A DNA stretch of 52,246 nt from a virus: the IMG/VR virus record IMGVR_UViG_3300038428_000302; one strand, given 5' to 3'. Below are positions 1-7,743 of the stretch, piece by piece. How positions within the stretch are numbered: the first letter of the stretch is position 1; each line of letters begins with the position of its first letter. The notes beneath the pieces are model-generated. The model was given only the letters and a program-made list of their open reading frames with translations, was not told the origin of the DNA and did no database searches. The position numbers and the translations under genes are program-made.

Positions 1-127
1 GTTGGAACACCAAGCTGCTGAAGGCAGCGAAGATGGATGGGGCGATGAACTCAAAAAGGCCGCACCAGCGGAGGAAGGAGAGATGGTGTAATTATGGCTA
101 AAACACTTATTGCACTACCGCAAATCA
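1..127. repeat. Terminal redundancy, left copy (identical to 52120..52246); indicates a circular or terminally redundant phage genome
   Basis: Direct comparison shows bases 1-127 equal bases 52120-52246 with no mismatch. The repeat cuts through ORF 51947..52210 (its 3' end reappears at 1..91) and the start of ORF 94..525, as expected for the assembly overlap of a circular molecule. Confidence 0.95.
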
Positions 128-525
128 CAACGCCGACCATAGCCAACCGGCTACCGTTGGAAACCGACATTTCCAGGCTATCGGCGTTGAATCCGAAAGA
201 GCTTCTTGCTCTGGCAGTCTATCTTCGGGCGAAGGAATTGGCAAACGATGCTTCGTCTCCGTTGACGAAGTATGATCCTGACACTCTGGCAAACCGTATC
301 GCGTTGAAGCAGGACGCAACCACAATCTTCGGACCACTGCCGACTGGCGACATTCCGCGCGCATCTGTGGCGATTGATTGGCAGAACTGCCAAGCGGTTT
401 ACAGCGCAATCTCGTCCGATGTTGACGTGCTTGGTGCGTTGGCCGGAGTGGTCGCTTTCCGTGAATGGTCGGAAGATGATCTCCGGCGCATTTTGCTTTA
501 TCTGCGGCTCGAAATCGGGGAGTAA
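94..525 (+). CDS. Hypothetical virion-module protein (143 aa)
   Basis: ATG ORF with a purine-rich GGAGGAAGGAGAG tract just upstream. It lies between the capsid-like gene and the fibre genes. No motif recognised. Confidence 0.6.
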   Translation: MAKTLIALPQITTPTIANRLPLETDISRLSALNPKELLALAVYLRAKELANDASSPLTKYDPDTLANRIALKQDATTIFGPLPTGDIPRASVAIDWQNCQAVYSAISSDVDVLGALAGVVAFREWSEDDLRRILLYLRLEIGE

Positions 526-531
526 CAACCT

Positions 532-732
532 ATGGACGCTGCCACCTTGCTTGCGGGTGCGCTGGCAGGCGGCGCGGACGGGTTAAGCCCGCACGACTGC
601 TGGTTGTGCTTGGCGTATCTTTACAGCGGCGGCAACTCTGCCACAACGCAGATTGCCGCCGCAGTCACCGCCGGTTACGACGCACTTTCAACAGGCGACA
701 TCAAAAAGTGTCTCGCCTCAATCCTTAACTAA
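532..732 (+). CDS. Small hypothetical protein (66 aa), paralogous motif with the next ORF
   Basis: Contains GADGLSPHDCWLCL and TAGYDALSTGDIKKCL, the same G-x-D-x-LS-x-x-D-x-x-x-C motif seen in 741..1010. GGGGAG lies 11 nt upstream of the ATG. Confidence 0.55.
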   Translation: MDAATLLAGALAGGADGLSPHDCWLCLAYLYSGGNSATTQIAAAVTAGYDALSTGDIKKCLASILN

Positions 733-740
733 CGAAAAAT

Positions 741-1010
741 ATGGCAGCATACACAACAGCCCTTACAACAGCCGATCAAGTTTTAATCAACGCCATTGCC
801 GCCGGATATGACGGTCTTTCCACGCGCGACATCATGCTTTGCGTTTTGCAAGGGGCGGCAAGCAGTGGTGGTGGCGTTTTCTCCGGGTCAGGAACTCCGG
901 CCTCACAAACAACGCCGCCAGTTCCGGCAGGCACATCAGGGGTCTATTGGGATTACACGAACAAAATTCTGTATATGTGGAACCCTGTAACGAAAGCATG
1001 GGAACAATAA
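741..1010 (+). CDS. Small protein (89 aa) with C-terminal G-x-YWDYTN-x-x-LY-x-WNP-x-x-x-x-W module
   Basis: N-terminal AAGYDGLSTRDIMLCV (paralog of 532..732). The C-terminal GTSGVYWDYTNKILYMWNPVTKAWEQ matches the three C-terminal repeats of ORF 29624..32875. Confidence 0.6.
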   Translation: MAAYTTALTTADQVLINAIAAGYDGLSTRDIMLCVLQGAASSGGGVFSGSGTPASQTTPPVPAGTSGVYWDYTNKILYMWNPVTKAWEQ

Positions 1011-1012
1011 TT

Positions 1013-1945
1013 ATGAAACGCTTTATTCCAATTCTGGTCGGGCTGTTGCTGCCATTCGCGGCATCGGCATTTCAGGACAATTATTACGATACCAATTCGC
1101 AAGCCACAGTGGACGCTTATGTTCAGGCATTGGTGAGCGGGCCGACGAATGGCATCACATTACTCGCGGCAACGAATGTAGCTAACGCATCAGCTTTGGC
1201 GGCCACGAACAACTTGAAATATCAACCACCTTCCACCACGTTGACGAATCTTTCAGGAGTCACCACGAACCAAATCGTGTTCACGAACAACACGGTCTGG
1301 TTTGACACGAATGGGTCGGCAACAGCAGCGACAAAATTGGCCACGAATGGGATTTTGGGTGCGGCGTATCAATCTGTCAGTTATTTCGACCTTGCGGGTG
1401 CGGGAACAACGGCGGCTACAGCAGCGACTAACGGGATGGGCAAGACAACCGGCTTGGCGGCATTTCAGAACACGAACTTCTTCGACCTTGCGGGCGCGGG
1501 CATAGCGGCAGCTTTGGCGGCAACAAATGGCCTTGCACCGACGAACTATGTCAACAGCACTCTCGTCACGGTTTATATCACGAACTTTTCCATCCCGACT
1601 TACCGGACGAATTACACAGTGTCGCTGACTGGTCTGGGCGTGACAACGAATCTTCTGATTCGGGAGGACTTGTATCTTGTGCCGCAGTCCAGCAATCCGC
1701 TTTTCCTGAAAATGATTTCTGGGACGTTGTTAAATTCAAAAGGGATTGGCGGTGCGGATTATTCTGGGTGTCCACCGTTTGCCCAGACCACAAGTGATGG
1801 CGGCCTTACATGGTCGGTGATTTACACCGGAGAGACTCACATTTCATTTGCAGACACAAACGGGTCGCCAACGACAATCTCGGCGATTCAAGCTGCGGCA
1901 AACTTTAATTTACAAGCACGTTACTCATGGGTAAAACATCAATAG
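1013..1945 (+). CDS. Fibre-like protein with N-terminal Sec-type signal peptide (310 aa)
   Basis: I moved the start from 839 to the in-frame ATG at 1013, because 839-1012 overlaps 741..1010. N-terminus MKRFIPILVGLLLPFAASAF/Q. A/T/N-rich with repeated FDLAGAG and ATNG motifs shared with the fibres at 32872 and 34686. Confidence 0.65.
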   Translation: MKRFIPILVGLLLPFAASAFQDNYYDTNSQATVDAYVQALVSGPTNGITLLAATNVANASALAATNNLKYQPPSTTLTNLSGVTTNQIVFTNNTVWFDTNGSATAATKLATNGILGAAYQSVSYFDLAGAGTTAATAATNGMGKTTGLAAFQNTNFFDLAGAGIAAALAATNGLAPTNYVNSTLVTVYITNFSIPTYRTNYTVSLTGLGVTTNLLIREDLYLVPQSSNPLFLKMISGTLLNSKGIGGADYSGCPPFAQTTSDGGLTWSVIYTGETHISFADTNGSPTTISAIQAAANFNLQARYSWVKHQ

Positions 1946-3903
1946 CACTGGCGGGGTTGCTGCTTTTGGCTGTTGGTGGGATGGCGCAAACCATTCCAGC
2001 ACCAGCCAGCATCGGTCAGGCAACAAATATGGTGTCACAAGATGTCTATATGTCTCCTGCAAGGATGGCCGACTTCTGGAATGATATAGGAATACCGTAT
2101 GTGCTTGCCAATGGAGGTGGTGGCACTTCAACCACGAACTTCAATAACATCAATGTGACGAACACCGTCACGGCTGGCACCTACTACGGCAACGGCACGG
2201 GGTTGACGAATCTTCAAGGCTCGAACGTCGTTGGCGCAGTCAGCAACGCGACCACGGCGGGGACGGCGACGAATGTGCTGGATATTTACTCGAACTACGA
2301 GGGTATGGTGGTTTGTCCTTACACCAATGTTTCAGCTTCAATCTCGAATAGTAGCCGTTTCTTTGGGCCGTGGAAAGGGTTGGATTACGTCCAGCAAGCC
2401 ATCAATGCGTTGCCGAATTACGGTGGCGCAAACTCAAATCGTCTGGCTGTTGGCGGTGGGAAGATTCTTGTTGTAGGCATTAACTACACTCCGAACACGA
2501 TATTGTTCACCAATACTGGTGACGGAATCATGTCATTCGATATTGAGGCTGCGGCGTTTACGGCGGGGTCGCTGGTATGCGCGACCAATCCGTGTATCAG
2601 GGTCAATGCGGGTTACTCGGCTTCGTCCATCAACTTTCAGATGAAGAATCTGATTGTTTCGTCACTGGCGAATCAATGCACTAACTTGTGCGAAATTTTG
2701 AATGGCGTCGCAAGACTGGATATTGAGATGAATTGGTTTGGGCCGTGGCAGGGAATGACGAATAACTTAGATAATGCTCGCGGGTCGCCGTTTTACATTG
2801 GACTGTCAACTCCAACTACAGGCGGCGGGATTACAACAAACAATCTGGTCGGGTTGTATATCATGGCAACCAAAGGTGACGAGTTCATCGTCGAAAACAA
2901 CTCGTTCATTTACTGCGCTGTGGGCATTGACAATGTTTCTGACCACGGATTTTTTAATAAAAACTTCTTTTCTTATTGTGGTTCAGGAGCTCTTCCGTAT
3001 GATATAATCATCTACACAGCGTGGCCGACCAACTCATTACAAGGCTTGGGTGCGGCGGTTATCATCGAATCGGTCGGACTGGATGTGTGGGAGAACAGTT
3101 ATTTTTATCAATGCGGCGGTGGTTACACGATTTACAGCGGAGTCCAAAACTTTTCAACACAAGACAAGTTTGAAAACTGTTCAACCAATCTAATCAACAT
3201 TTTTGATGGAGCAACTTACAATTACTTCGGCTATACCACGGTTAGCAGCTATAGTCCTTCCGTTATCAACTATTTTAACAGCAGCATGACCGCTTACAAT
3301 GATTCTCCTTATGCGAATGGTGCAGTGAACACAACATTCGGAGTATTCTTTGTCAGTGGGACTTTGTTTGCACCTACAGTCCAAGCAACTACAGTCCAAG
3401 CAACTACAGTCCAAGCAACTACAGTAAATGCCAACACAATTTCTTGTTCAAATCTTGTCGGACTGCCAGTAGTGGACACTTCCATTGTCCTTGGTAGTGG
3501 ATGGGGAACAGGATGTGCCTGTGCAGACACGAACTTCAACGGTATATTTTATGCTGATGGAGCGAATAACTACACTAATCTATCTGGCAATGCCGAGCTT
3601 GTGCGGGCTAGAGGGAATAGTTATACCGCTTCCAACTCAATTAGTGCTTCCCAATTTAGTGGGACTTCACTGACGAATGTTTTTCTTCAAATAAATAGCG
3701 TAAATGCAGTCGGCATATTTGTTTATGGCACGACCAATGCGCTGTTCACCGGCAACGGCGGCGGCCTGACGAACATCCCGTCCATCGGCATCACCGGCGG
3801 GATGACCACTAACATTCAACTGACCGACACGGCTTTGGCGACAATCACGACGAACACGCTTTATTTCACCAACGGGATTTTGATGAAGGTAACGTCACCA
3901 TAA
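1927..3903 (+). CDS. Tail fibre/spike-like protein with N-terminal signal peptide (658 aa)
   Basis: N-terminus MGKTSIALAGLLLLAVGGMA/Q. Fibre-type motifs YYGNGTGLTNLQGSNV and FTGNGGGLTNIPS. N/T/S-rich with a TVQAT x3 repeat. The central part is plausibly beta-helical (inference). Confidence 0.65.
   Translation: MGKTSIALAGLLLLAVGGMAQTIPAPASIGQATNMVSQDVYMSPARMADFWNDIGIPYVLANGGGGTSTTNFNNINVTNTVTAGTYYGNGTGLTNLQGSNVVGAVSNATTAGTATNVLDIYSNYEGMVVCPYTNVSASISNSSRFFGPWKGLDYVQQAINALPNYGGANSNRLAVGGGKILVVGINYTPNTILFTNTGDGIMSFDIEAAAFTAGSLVCATNPCIRVNAGYSASSINFQMKNLIVSSLANQCTNLCEILNGVARLDIEMNWFGPWQGMTNNLDNARGSPFYIGLSTPTTGGGITTNNLVGLYIMATKGDEFIVENNSFIYCAVGIDNVSDHGFFNKNFFSYCGSGALPYDIIIYTAWPTNSLQGLGAAVIIESVGLDVWENSYFYQCGGGYTIYSGVQNFSTQDKFENCSTNLINIFDGATYNYFGYTTVSSYSPSVINYFNSSMTAYNDSPYANGAVNTTFGVFFVSGTLFAPTVQATTVQATTVQATTVNANTISCSNLVGLPVVDTSIVLGSGWGTGCACADTNFNGIFYADGANNYTNLSGNAELVRARGNSYTASNSISASQFSGTSLTNVFLQINSVNAVGIFVYGTTNALFTGNGGGLTNIPSIGITGGMTTNIQLTDTALATITTNTLYFTNGILMKVTSP
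3376..3425 (+). repeat. 15-nt tandem repeat x3.3 (acagtccaagcaact), encodes TVQAT repeats
   Basis: Read directly from the sequence. In frame inside ORF 1927..3903. Confidence 0.9.
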
Positions 3904-3910
3904 ATAAACC

Positions 3911-4210
3911 ATGAAAAAATCAATACTCACAGTCATCGGGCTGGTCATTTTGGCCAGCGCAGTTAACGCGCAGCAACTCGTCACTAACACCGTTTCGACT
4001 GTTACCGTGCCGCCGCAGACATGGCAAGGCAGCAACGCCGTCGTTGTGGCGAACCAGTTGCTCGCGATCACTAATGCCAATGGCAGCGCGGTCATCCCGC
4101 AAAACTTTATGCTTGGCCAAAACTCGATGATTACAATCCGTGTGAATTGCAACTCGAATGGGCTGCAAAGCATGACGGCGAGCGTGCGGCTGATGCCAAG
4201 TCGCCCGTGA
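3911..4210 (+). CDS. Small secreted protein (99 aa)
   Basis: N-terminus MKKSILTVIGLVILASAVNA/Q is a typical Sec signal peptide. Sits between the fibre gene and the lysis cassette. Confidence 0.6.
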   Translation: MKKSILTVIGLVILASAVNAQQLVTNTVSTVTVPPQTWQGSNAVVVANQLLAITNANGSAVIPQNFMLGQNSMITIRVNCNSNGLQSMTASVRLMPSRP

Positions 4211-4238
4211 CGAAAACAAACGCGAAAGTAACAAAGCT

Positions 4239-4613
4239 ATGTTCATAAGATTCCTGCCAATTCTTGCGGCGACATCCGGCTTGGGCGCGAGCGTGGAGGC
4301 TGGTTTGCCCTACGATGCGACAAATCCAAGCACACTGGATGCTCTTGGTCGCTGGCCGTTGACGGTGATTCTCGGCGCAGTCTGCGTGACGTGCGTTTAT
4401 TTCATGTATAAGCAATCGAAGGACAACGCCGATAGAACTCTAGCAATGGTCGAAGGCGAACGGTTGGCCACAGAACATCGTATTCAAAACAACGTAACGG
4501 TCACAAAAGAACTGGCGGAGAACAACGCTAAGGTTGTCAAAGAACTTGCGGAGAACAACGCCAAGGAAATTCGGATATTGTTGGATGAACTGATAAAGAA
4601 AGAAAACCAATGA
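4239..4613 (+). CDS. Membrane protein with coiled-coil C-terminus (124 aa), possible lysis accessory or spanin-like component
   Basis: Hydrophobic N-terminus plus TM segment WPLTVILGAVCVTCVYFMY, followed by a charged helical tail containing the duplicated KELAENNAK unit. Stop overlaps the next start (ATGA). Confidence 0.55.
   Translation: MFIRFLPILAATSGLGASVEAGLPYDATNPSTLDALGRWPLTVILGAVCVTCVYFMYKQSKDNADRTLAMVEGERLATEHRIQNNVTVTKELAENNAKVVKELAENNAKEIRILLDELIKKENQ
4506..4571 (+). repeat. 33-nt tandem duplication (encodes KELAENNAKVV / KELAENNAKEI)
   Basis: Two adjacent near-identical 33-nt units, read directly, in frame in ORF 4239..4613. Confidence 0.85.
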
Positions 4614-4705
4614 CAACCGCAAGGATAATCTTGTTCAGTGTCTGCTTTTTGATACTGATTTACTGCGCGTTTTGCGATAACAAGCAACCGAAGAAACGAA
4701 AATGA
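4610..4705 (+). CDS. Micro-ORF, 31-aa single-TM peptide (MTTARIILFSVCFLILIYCAFCDNKQPKKRK)
   Basis: Not in the ORF track (below 60 aa). Its ATG overlaps the upstream stop (ATGA at 4610-4613) and its TGA overlaps the downstream ATG (4702-4705). Hydrophobic core with a basic tail. Confidence 0.4.
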   Translation: MTTARIILFSVCFLILIYCAFCDNKQPKKRK

Positions 4706-5091
4706 CAAATGCGATACCAGTATTGGTGACGACGGACACGGTTGACGGTCTGACGAACTGGCTGCTGTCGCTAGGCGCAGTTCCTACTACAATGTTCGCA
4801 GTCATTGTTTTTGGTTACGTCCTTCGCGCCATGCCAATCTTCCCGATGCGGTGGTTATTTTTTGCCTGTGCGATTTGTGGCGCGATAATCTTCCCGTTTG
4901 TAGCGCACTACCACACGAGCGCGGAATCGTGGGCTTACATCGGCAAGACGATATTCGCCGGTGCAGCGATTGGGATGGGCGCATGGGCATCACATGACCA
5001 GTTCCTGAATAAGTTCGAGGACAAAATTCCGGTGTTAAAAAACATCGTGGTAGGAATTGATGCAATTCGCAACTCAACAAACCCAAAATAG
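4702..5091 (+). CDS. Holin-like membrane protein (129 aa, about 3 TM segments)
   Basis: Three hydrophobic stretches (LSLGAVPTTMFAVIVFGYVL, WLFFACAICGAIIFPFVA, IFAGAAIGMGAWA). Positioned upstream of the peptidase gene. Confidence 0.5.
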   Translation: MTNAIPVLVTTDTVDGLTNWLLSLGAVPTTMFAVIVFGYVLRAMPIFPMRWLFFACAICGAIIFPFVAHYHTSAESWAYIGKTIFAGAAIGMGAWASHDQFLNKFEDKIPVLKNIVVGIDAIRNSTNPK

Positions 5092-5095
5092 CTAA

Positions 5096-5242
5096 ATGAC
5101 GTGTCTTTATTGCAACGGAAGTAACTTTACTCCGGTAAGCGGTTACATCGCCTGCGGCGATTGCGGTTGTTTCGCACGTCGCTATCTTAAACCAATTTCC
5201 CAGTCGCTCTGGGGAAGCAAACCAAACCAAAATCATATATGA
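5096..5242 (+). CDS. Micro-ORF, 48-aa zinc-ribbon-like protein (CLYC...CGDC)
   Basis: Hand-translated as MTCLYCNGSNFTPVSGYIACGDCGCFARRYLKPISQSLWGSKPNQNHI. Its TGA overlaps the ATG of 5239..5769 (ATGA). It fills an otherwise empty 147-nt gap. Confidence 0.4.
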   Translation: MTCLYCNGSNFTPVSGYIACGDCGCFARRYLKPISQSLWGSKPNQNHI

Positions 5243-5769
5243 TGAGAAAAACAATAATCGCAACGGCGATGGCAGCGATGCTGGCCATCGGTCTTACGGC
5301 ACGGGCGCAGTCATCCAACTTCCTTAGCTCGGTCGAAAGCTATGCCACATCGTTCAACACGAACTATTCGTGGACAAACGTCTCTTACGAAATCTCCACC
5401 GGCTACAAGCAGGTGACCGGCCAGGGCGCGGTCAACGTGCTGGACGCTCAATGGGATTGCTGGAAGGGATTCAACGTTGGCGCGGAAGGCCAGTTCAGCG
5501 GAGTCGGCAGCGCGGTCAATGGCGCAGAGGGTCAAATCGGTTACGCCATCGTCCAGCACTACGACACAAAGGTTGATATTGACCTTCGGGCTGGCATGGC
5601 GGAAAACACTCTTGAAAATAAAACAGGAGTCATTGAGCCGGCCGTGTTTCTCGAAAAGAAGCAGACTTTGAACACGGCTACGAAGGCCGGGCTTTCCTTC
5701 CCGTTCTATTTCCGGGGCAAGTTCAACAACACGCCGACGGTTTACGTCGAGGAAGTTGTGACGTTCTGA
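5239..5769 (+). CDS. Secreted outer-membrane beta-barrel-like protein (176 aa)
   Basis: Signal peptide MMRKTIIATAMAAMLAIGLTARA/Q. Alternating hydrophobic/polar strands with aromatic girdle residues. The C-terminal residue is Phe (..EEVVTF), as in many OMP beta-barrels. Confidence 0.5.
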   Translation: MMRKTIIATAMAAMLAIGLTARAQSSNFLSSVESYATSFNTNYSWTNVSYEISTGYKQVTGQGAVNVLDAQWDCWKGFNVGAEGQFSGVGSAVNGAEGQIGYAIVQHYDTKVDIDLRAGMAENTLENKTGVIEPAVFLEKKQTLNTATKAGLSFPFYFRGKFNNTPTVYVEEVVTF

Positions 5770-5838
5770 TTATTTGGCGCCGCGCCGGTTAACCGAGATT
5801 GGTTCCTCCGAGACCGGCGCGGCGGCCAGATTGAATTT

Positions 5839-6390
5839 ATGCTGATGGTCGCTGGCTATCGCGGGATCGGTTGGGGTAGCGACTTGATCAAGTTGCTGAC
5901 CTACTCAAAGTATTCCCACCTTGGCGTGCTGTTCACGGAGGACATGAACGTGCAAGTGAATGGGCGATGGCATTTCATTGCCGCCGGTTGCGTGATTGAG
6001 GCGTGGAAGGGCGGCGTGAAAATATCGGACAGCTTGGGCGCAAATCACACGCACGGAACGCCGGTGGATTTGTTCACATTCAAGACGCCGCTGACGCCGG
6101 AGCAGGAGCAGAGAATGGCGGCATTCCTGATTTCGCAAAAGGGCAAAGGTTACGATTACTTGAATGTTGTTCGGTTCGTGCCGATTGTGCGGTTGCTGTT
6201 TCCGAAACCAGAGCCGAACATTTACTTACGCAATCACGTCTTTTGTTCAGAGCTGGTGATGGAAGCCAGCATTGAAATAAAAACGCCATTATTGGAGCGG
6301 TGTAAGGCGTGGGAAGTGCCTCCACGCGACCCGCCGCGCAGTCCGCTGTTGAGGTTTGTCAAGAGCGTGGTGACAAGCTGTGATAATTAG
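5839..6390 (+). CDS. Permuted papain-fold (NlpC/P60 superfamily, YiiX/C92-like) peptidase; probable endolysin
   Basis: Ordered motifs typical of the YiiX family: YSKYSHLGVLF, CVIEAWKGGV, GKGYDYL, and VFCSELVMEA (catalytic Cys after the His). Last gene of the lysis cassette. Confidence 0.7.
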   Translation: MLMVAGYRGIGWGSDLIKLLTYSKYSHLGVLFTEDMNVQVNGRWHFIAAGCVIEAWKGGVKISDSLGANHTHGTPVDLFTFKTPLTPEQEQRMAAFLISQKGKGYDYLNVVRFVPIVRLLFPKPEPNIYLRNHVFCSELVMEASIEIKTPLLERCKAWEVPPRDPPRSPLLRFVKSVVTSCDN

Positions 6391-6417
6391 GCTTCATTTT
6401 TTCAACCTAAATCAGTG

Positions 6418-6603
6418 TTAGGCGGACAGAGCTTCGAGCCTTTTACGAAGCTCTAGTTCGCCACCAAGTTCTTTGATAAGTTGCAGCATGATGTCGTTAT
6501 CTCGCGCCAGTTCAGCCGTGATACGTTCCGGCTCGATGTCAAATTCGGGCGAGTCGGCTTGCATCCATTCGTGCATGAGTTCATTTGTTTTGAATCCGGG
6601 CAT
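6418..6603 (-). CDS. Small hypothetical protein (61 aa)
   Basis: The track ORF 6418..6732 is shortened to the ATG at 6603. The upstream 43 codons are Arg-rich, and the 6732 ATG lies inside the 6705-6739 hairpin. Confidence 0.4.
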   Translation of the reverse strand: MPGFKTNELMHEWMQADSPEFDIEPERITAELARDNDIMLQLIKELGGELELRKRLEALSA

Positions 6604-6704
6604 TGTCCGCCTAACAAGTCGCCGGAGCCAATGCCGGTTACGGCATTCAGTTCCGCATTCGCGGGCGATGGTTGTTTGTCCGGCATGGCTCAGCTTGAAA
6701 TGTT

Positions 6705-6739
6705 GTGCCGCATGGCGCAGTCGTAGCACCATGCGGCAC
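6705..6739 (-). terminator. 11-bp perfect hairpin (GTGCCGCATGG / CCATGCGGCAC, 13-nt loop) between two minus-strand genes
   Basis: Inverted repeat read directly. It lies 6 nt downstream of the stop of 6745..6981. Only a weak T-tract follows, so terminator function is uncertain. Confidence 0.3.
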
Positions 6740-6744
6740 TTGGG

Positions 6745-6981
6745 TTATAGTCGTCCGACGGCTTTCCCGACCAGCGTGAGCACTTTGCACACTTCGGGGT
6801 TGGCTTCGAGTGCGGCCAGTGCCGCATTCACATCAGACAGTTTGGACTCCAGCCGGCGTTTCTCATTTTGCAGCCGGTCGGTCACGGTGTTCTGCACATC
6901 ACAGGTCACGGATGTCGATTCACATATTTCATTCATACAGTTAGTTCGGGCGTTGCGGCACAACAAGCGGGATGGAGCCAA
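6745..6981 (-). CDS. Small hypothetical coiled-coil protein (78 aa; may start at 6936)
   Basis: ORF in the early minus-strand block with a heptad-like segment (RLQNEKRRLESKLSDVNAALAALE). An alternative in-frame ATG gives 63 aa. Confidence 0.5.
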   Translation of the reverse strand: MAPSRLLCRNARTNCMNEICESTSVTCDVQNTVTDRLQNEKRRLESKLSDVNAALAALEANPEVCKVLTLVGKAVGRL

Positions 6982-7049
6982 CCGCCGATTGCGCCTTCAG
7001 TTTGTCGTTTCAGTTTGTTTGTGCTCCAAAGTCATTAGTCGGCGGCGGC

Positions 7050-7364
7050 TCATCCCGCATCGTTAGCCGACTTTTGATGTTCGATGCCTTCAAAGAAGCC
7101 TTGCGTGAAGCTTTCTCCTTCTTCTTCAGTTGTGGCGTCCTTCGAGAGTGCCGGGCCGAGCAGGTGTCTTATCATCTGTTCGGCTTCTGTTGCCGTCAGG
7201 AGATTTGTTCCACTGCGATGCGGGTATCCTCGGATGAGAGCGCACCTGTCGCTGCACACGCTTTCTGGCAGTGGCCATGATAAGAATTTGTCCACGAGTC
7301 GGCTAACAATGCGCTGCTGCACAACAGCCGCTACGTCTTCGGTTTTCGGTTGGTCATTTTGCAT
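7050..7364 (-). CDS. Hypothetical early protein (104 aa)
   Basis: The N-terminus ..EDVAAVVQQRIVS shares the AVQR-type 5' motif with 7896..8132 and 8415..8711. Overlaps the 3' end of 7354..7722. Confidence 0.55.
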   Translation of the reverse strand: MQNDQPKTEDVAAVVQQRIVSRLVDKFLSWPLPESVCSDRCALIRGYPHRSGTNLLTATEAEQMIRHLLGPALSKDATTEEEGESFTQGFFEGIEHQKSANDAG

Positions 7365-7722
7365 TTGATTCCTTTTGGTTGTGCCCTGCTTTGACCGCAG
7401 TCGTCGCGGCTGTGGCAGAGCTTGATTCGTTAGCCTGCGCTTCGTAGGCGGCTATCAGTTGGTTTTTCTCATCGCACCATTGACATTGTTCCTGTCCCCA
7501 TTCTATGCCCATACTCGCACCCTCCATGCTTGGGTCACAGGCGTCCATTGCCATTTCATGCGAGACGAAGTGTTCACCCAACGGCACGGGTTTTGACCCA
7601 CTACCGTCGCAGTTCGGGCACGCGGCGACTTTTAGCAAGCGGACGGCGCAGGCTAACAAGTCGCTCAAGACAACGCCGGTTGGCGCGTCCTGTTTATTCG
7701 CTTCGATTTGTTGGTTATTCAT
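7354..7722 (-). CDS. Cys-rich hypothetical protein (122 aa), zinc-finger-like CPNCDGSG ... CQWC
   Basis: CxxCxGxG motif plus a second CxxC pair. Part of the early minus-strand block. Confidence 0.55.
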   Translation of the reverse strand: MNNQQIEANKQDAPTGVVLSDLLACAVRLLKVAACPNCDGSGSKPVPLGEHFVSHEMAMDACDPSMEGASMGIEWGQEQCQWCDEKNQLIAAYEAQANESSSATAATTAVKAGHNQKESNAK

Positions 7723-7743
7723 AAGATTTTAGTCCGGCGTGTC

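Noticed and set aside
839-1012. Upstream extension of ORF 839..1945 (58 extra codons)
   Set aside because: It overlaps 741..1010 in another frame and encodes Arg/Trp-rich sequence. The in-frame ATG at 1013 immediately follows the upstream stop and starts a clean signal peptide.
6473-7066. 197-aa plus-strand ORF (Ser/Arg/Cys-rich)
   Set aside because: It runs antisense across three minus-strand genes and an intergenic hairpin. The composition is shadow-like, and it breaks the otherwise uniform strand block.
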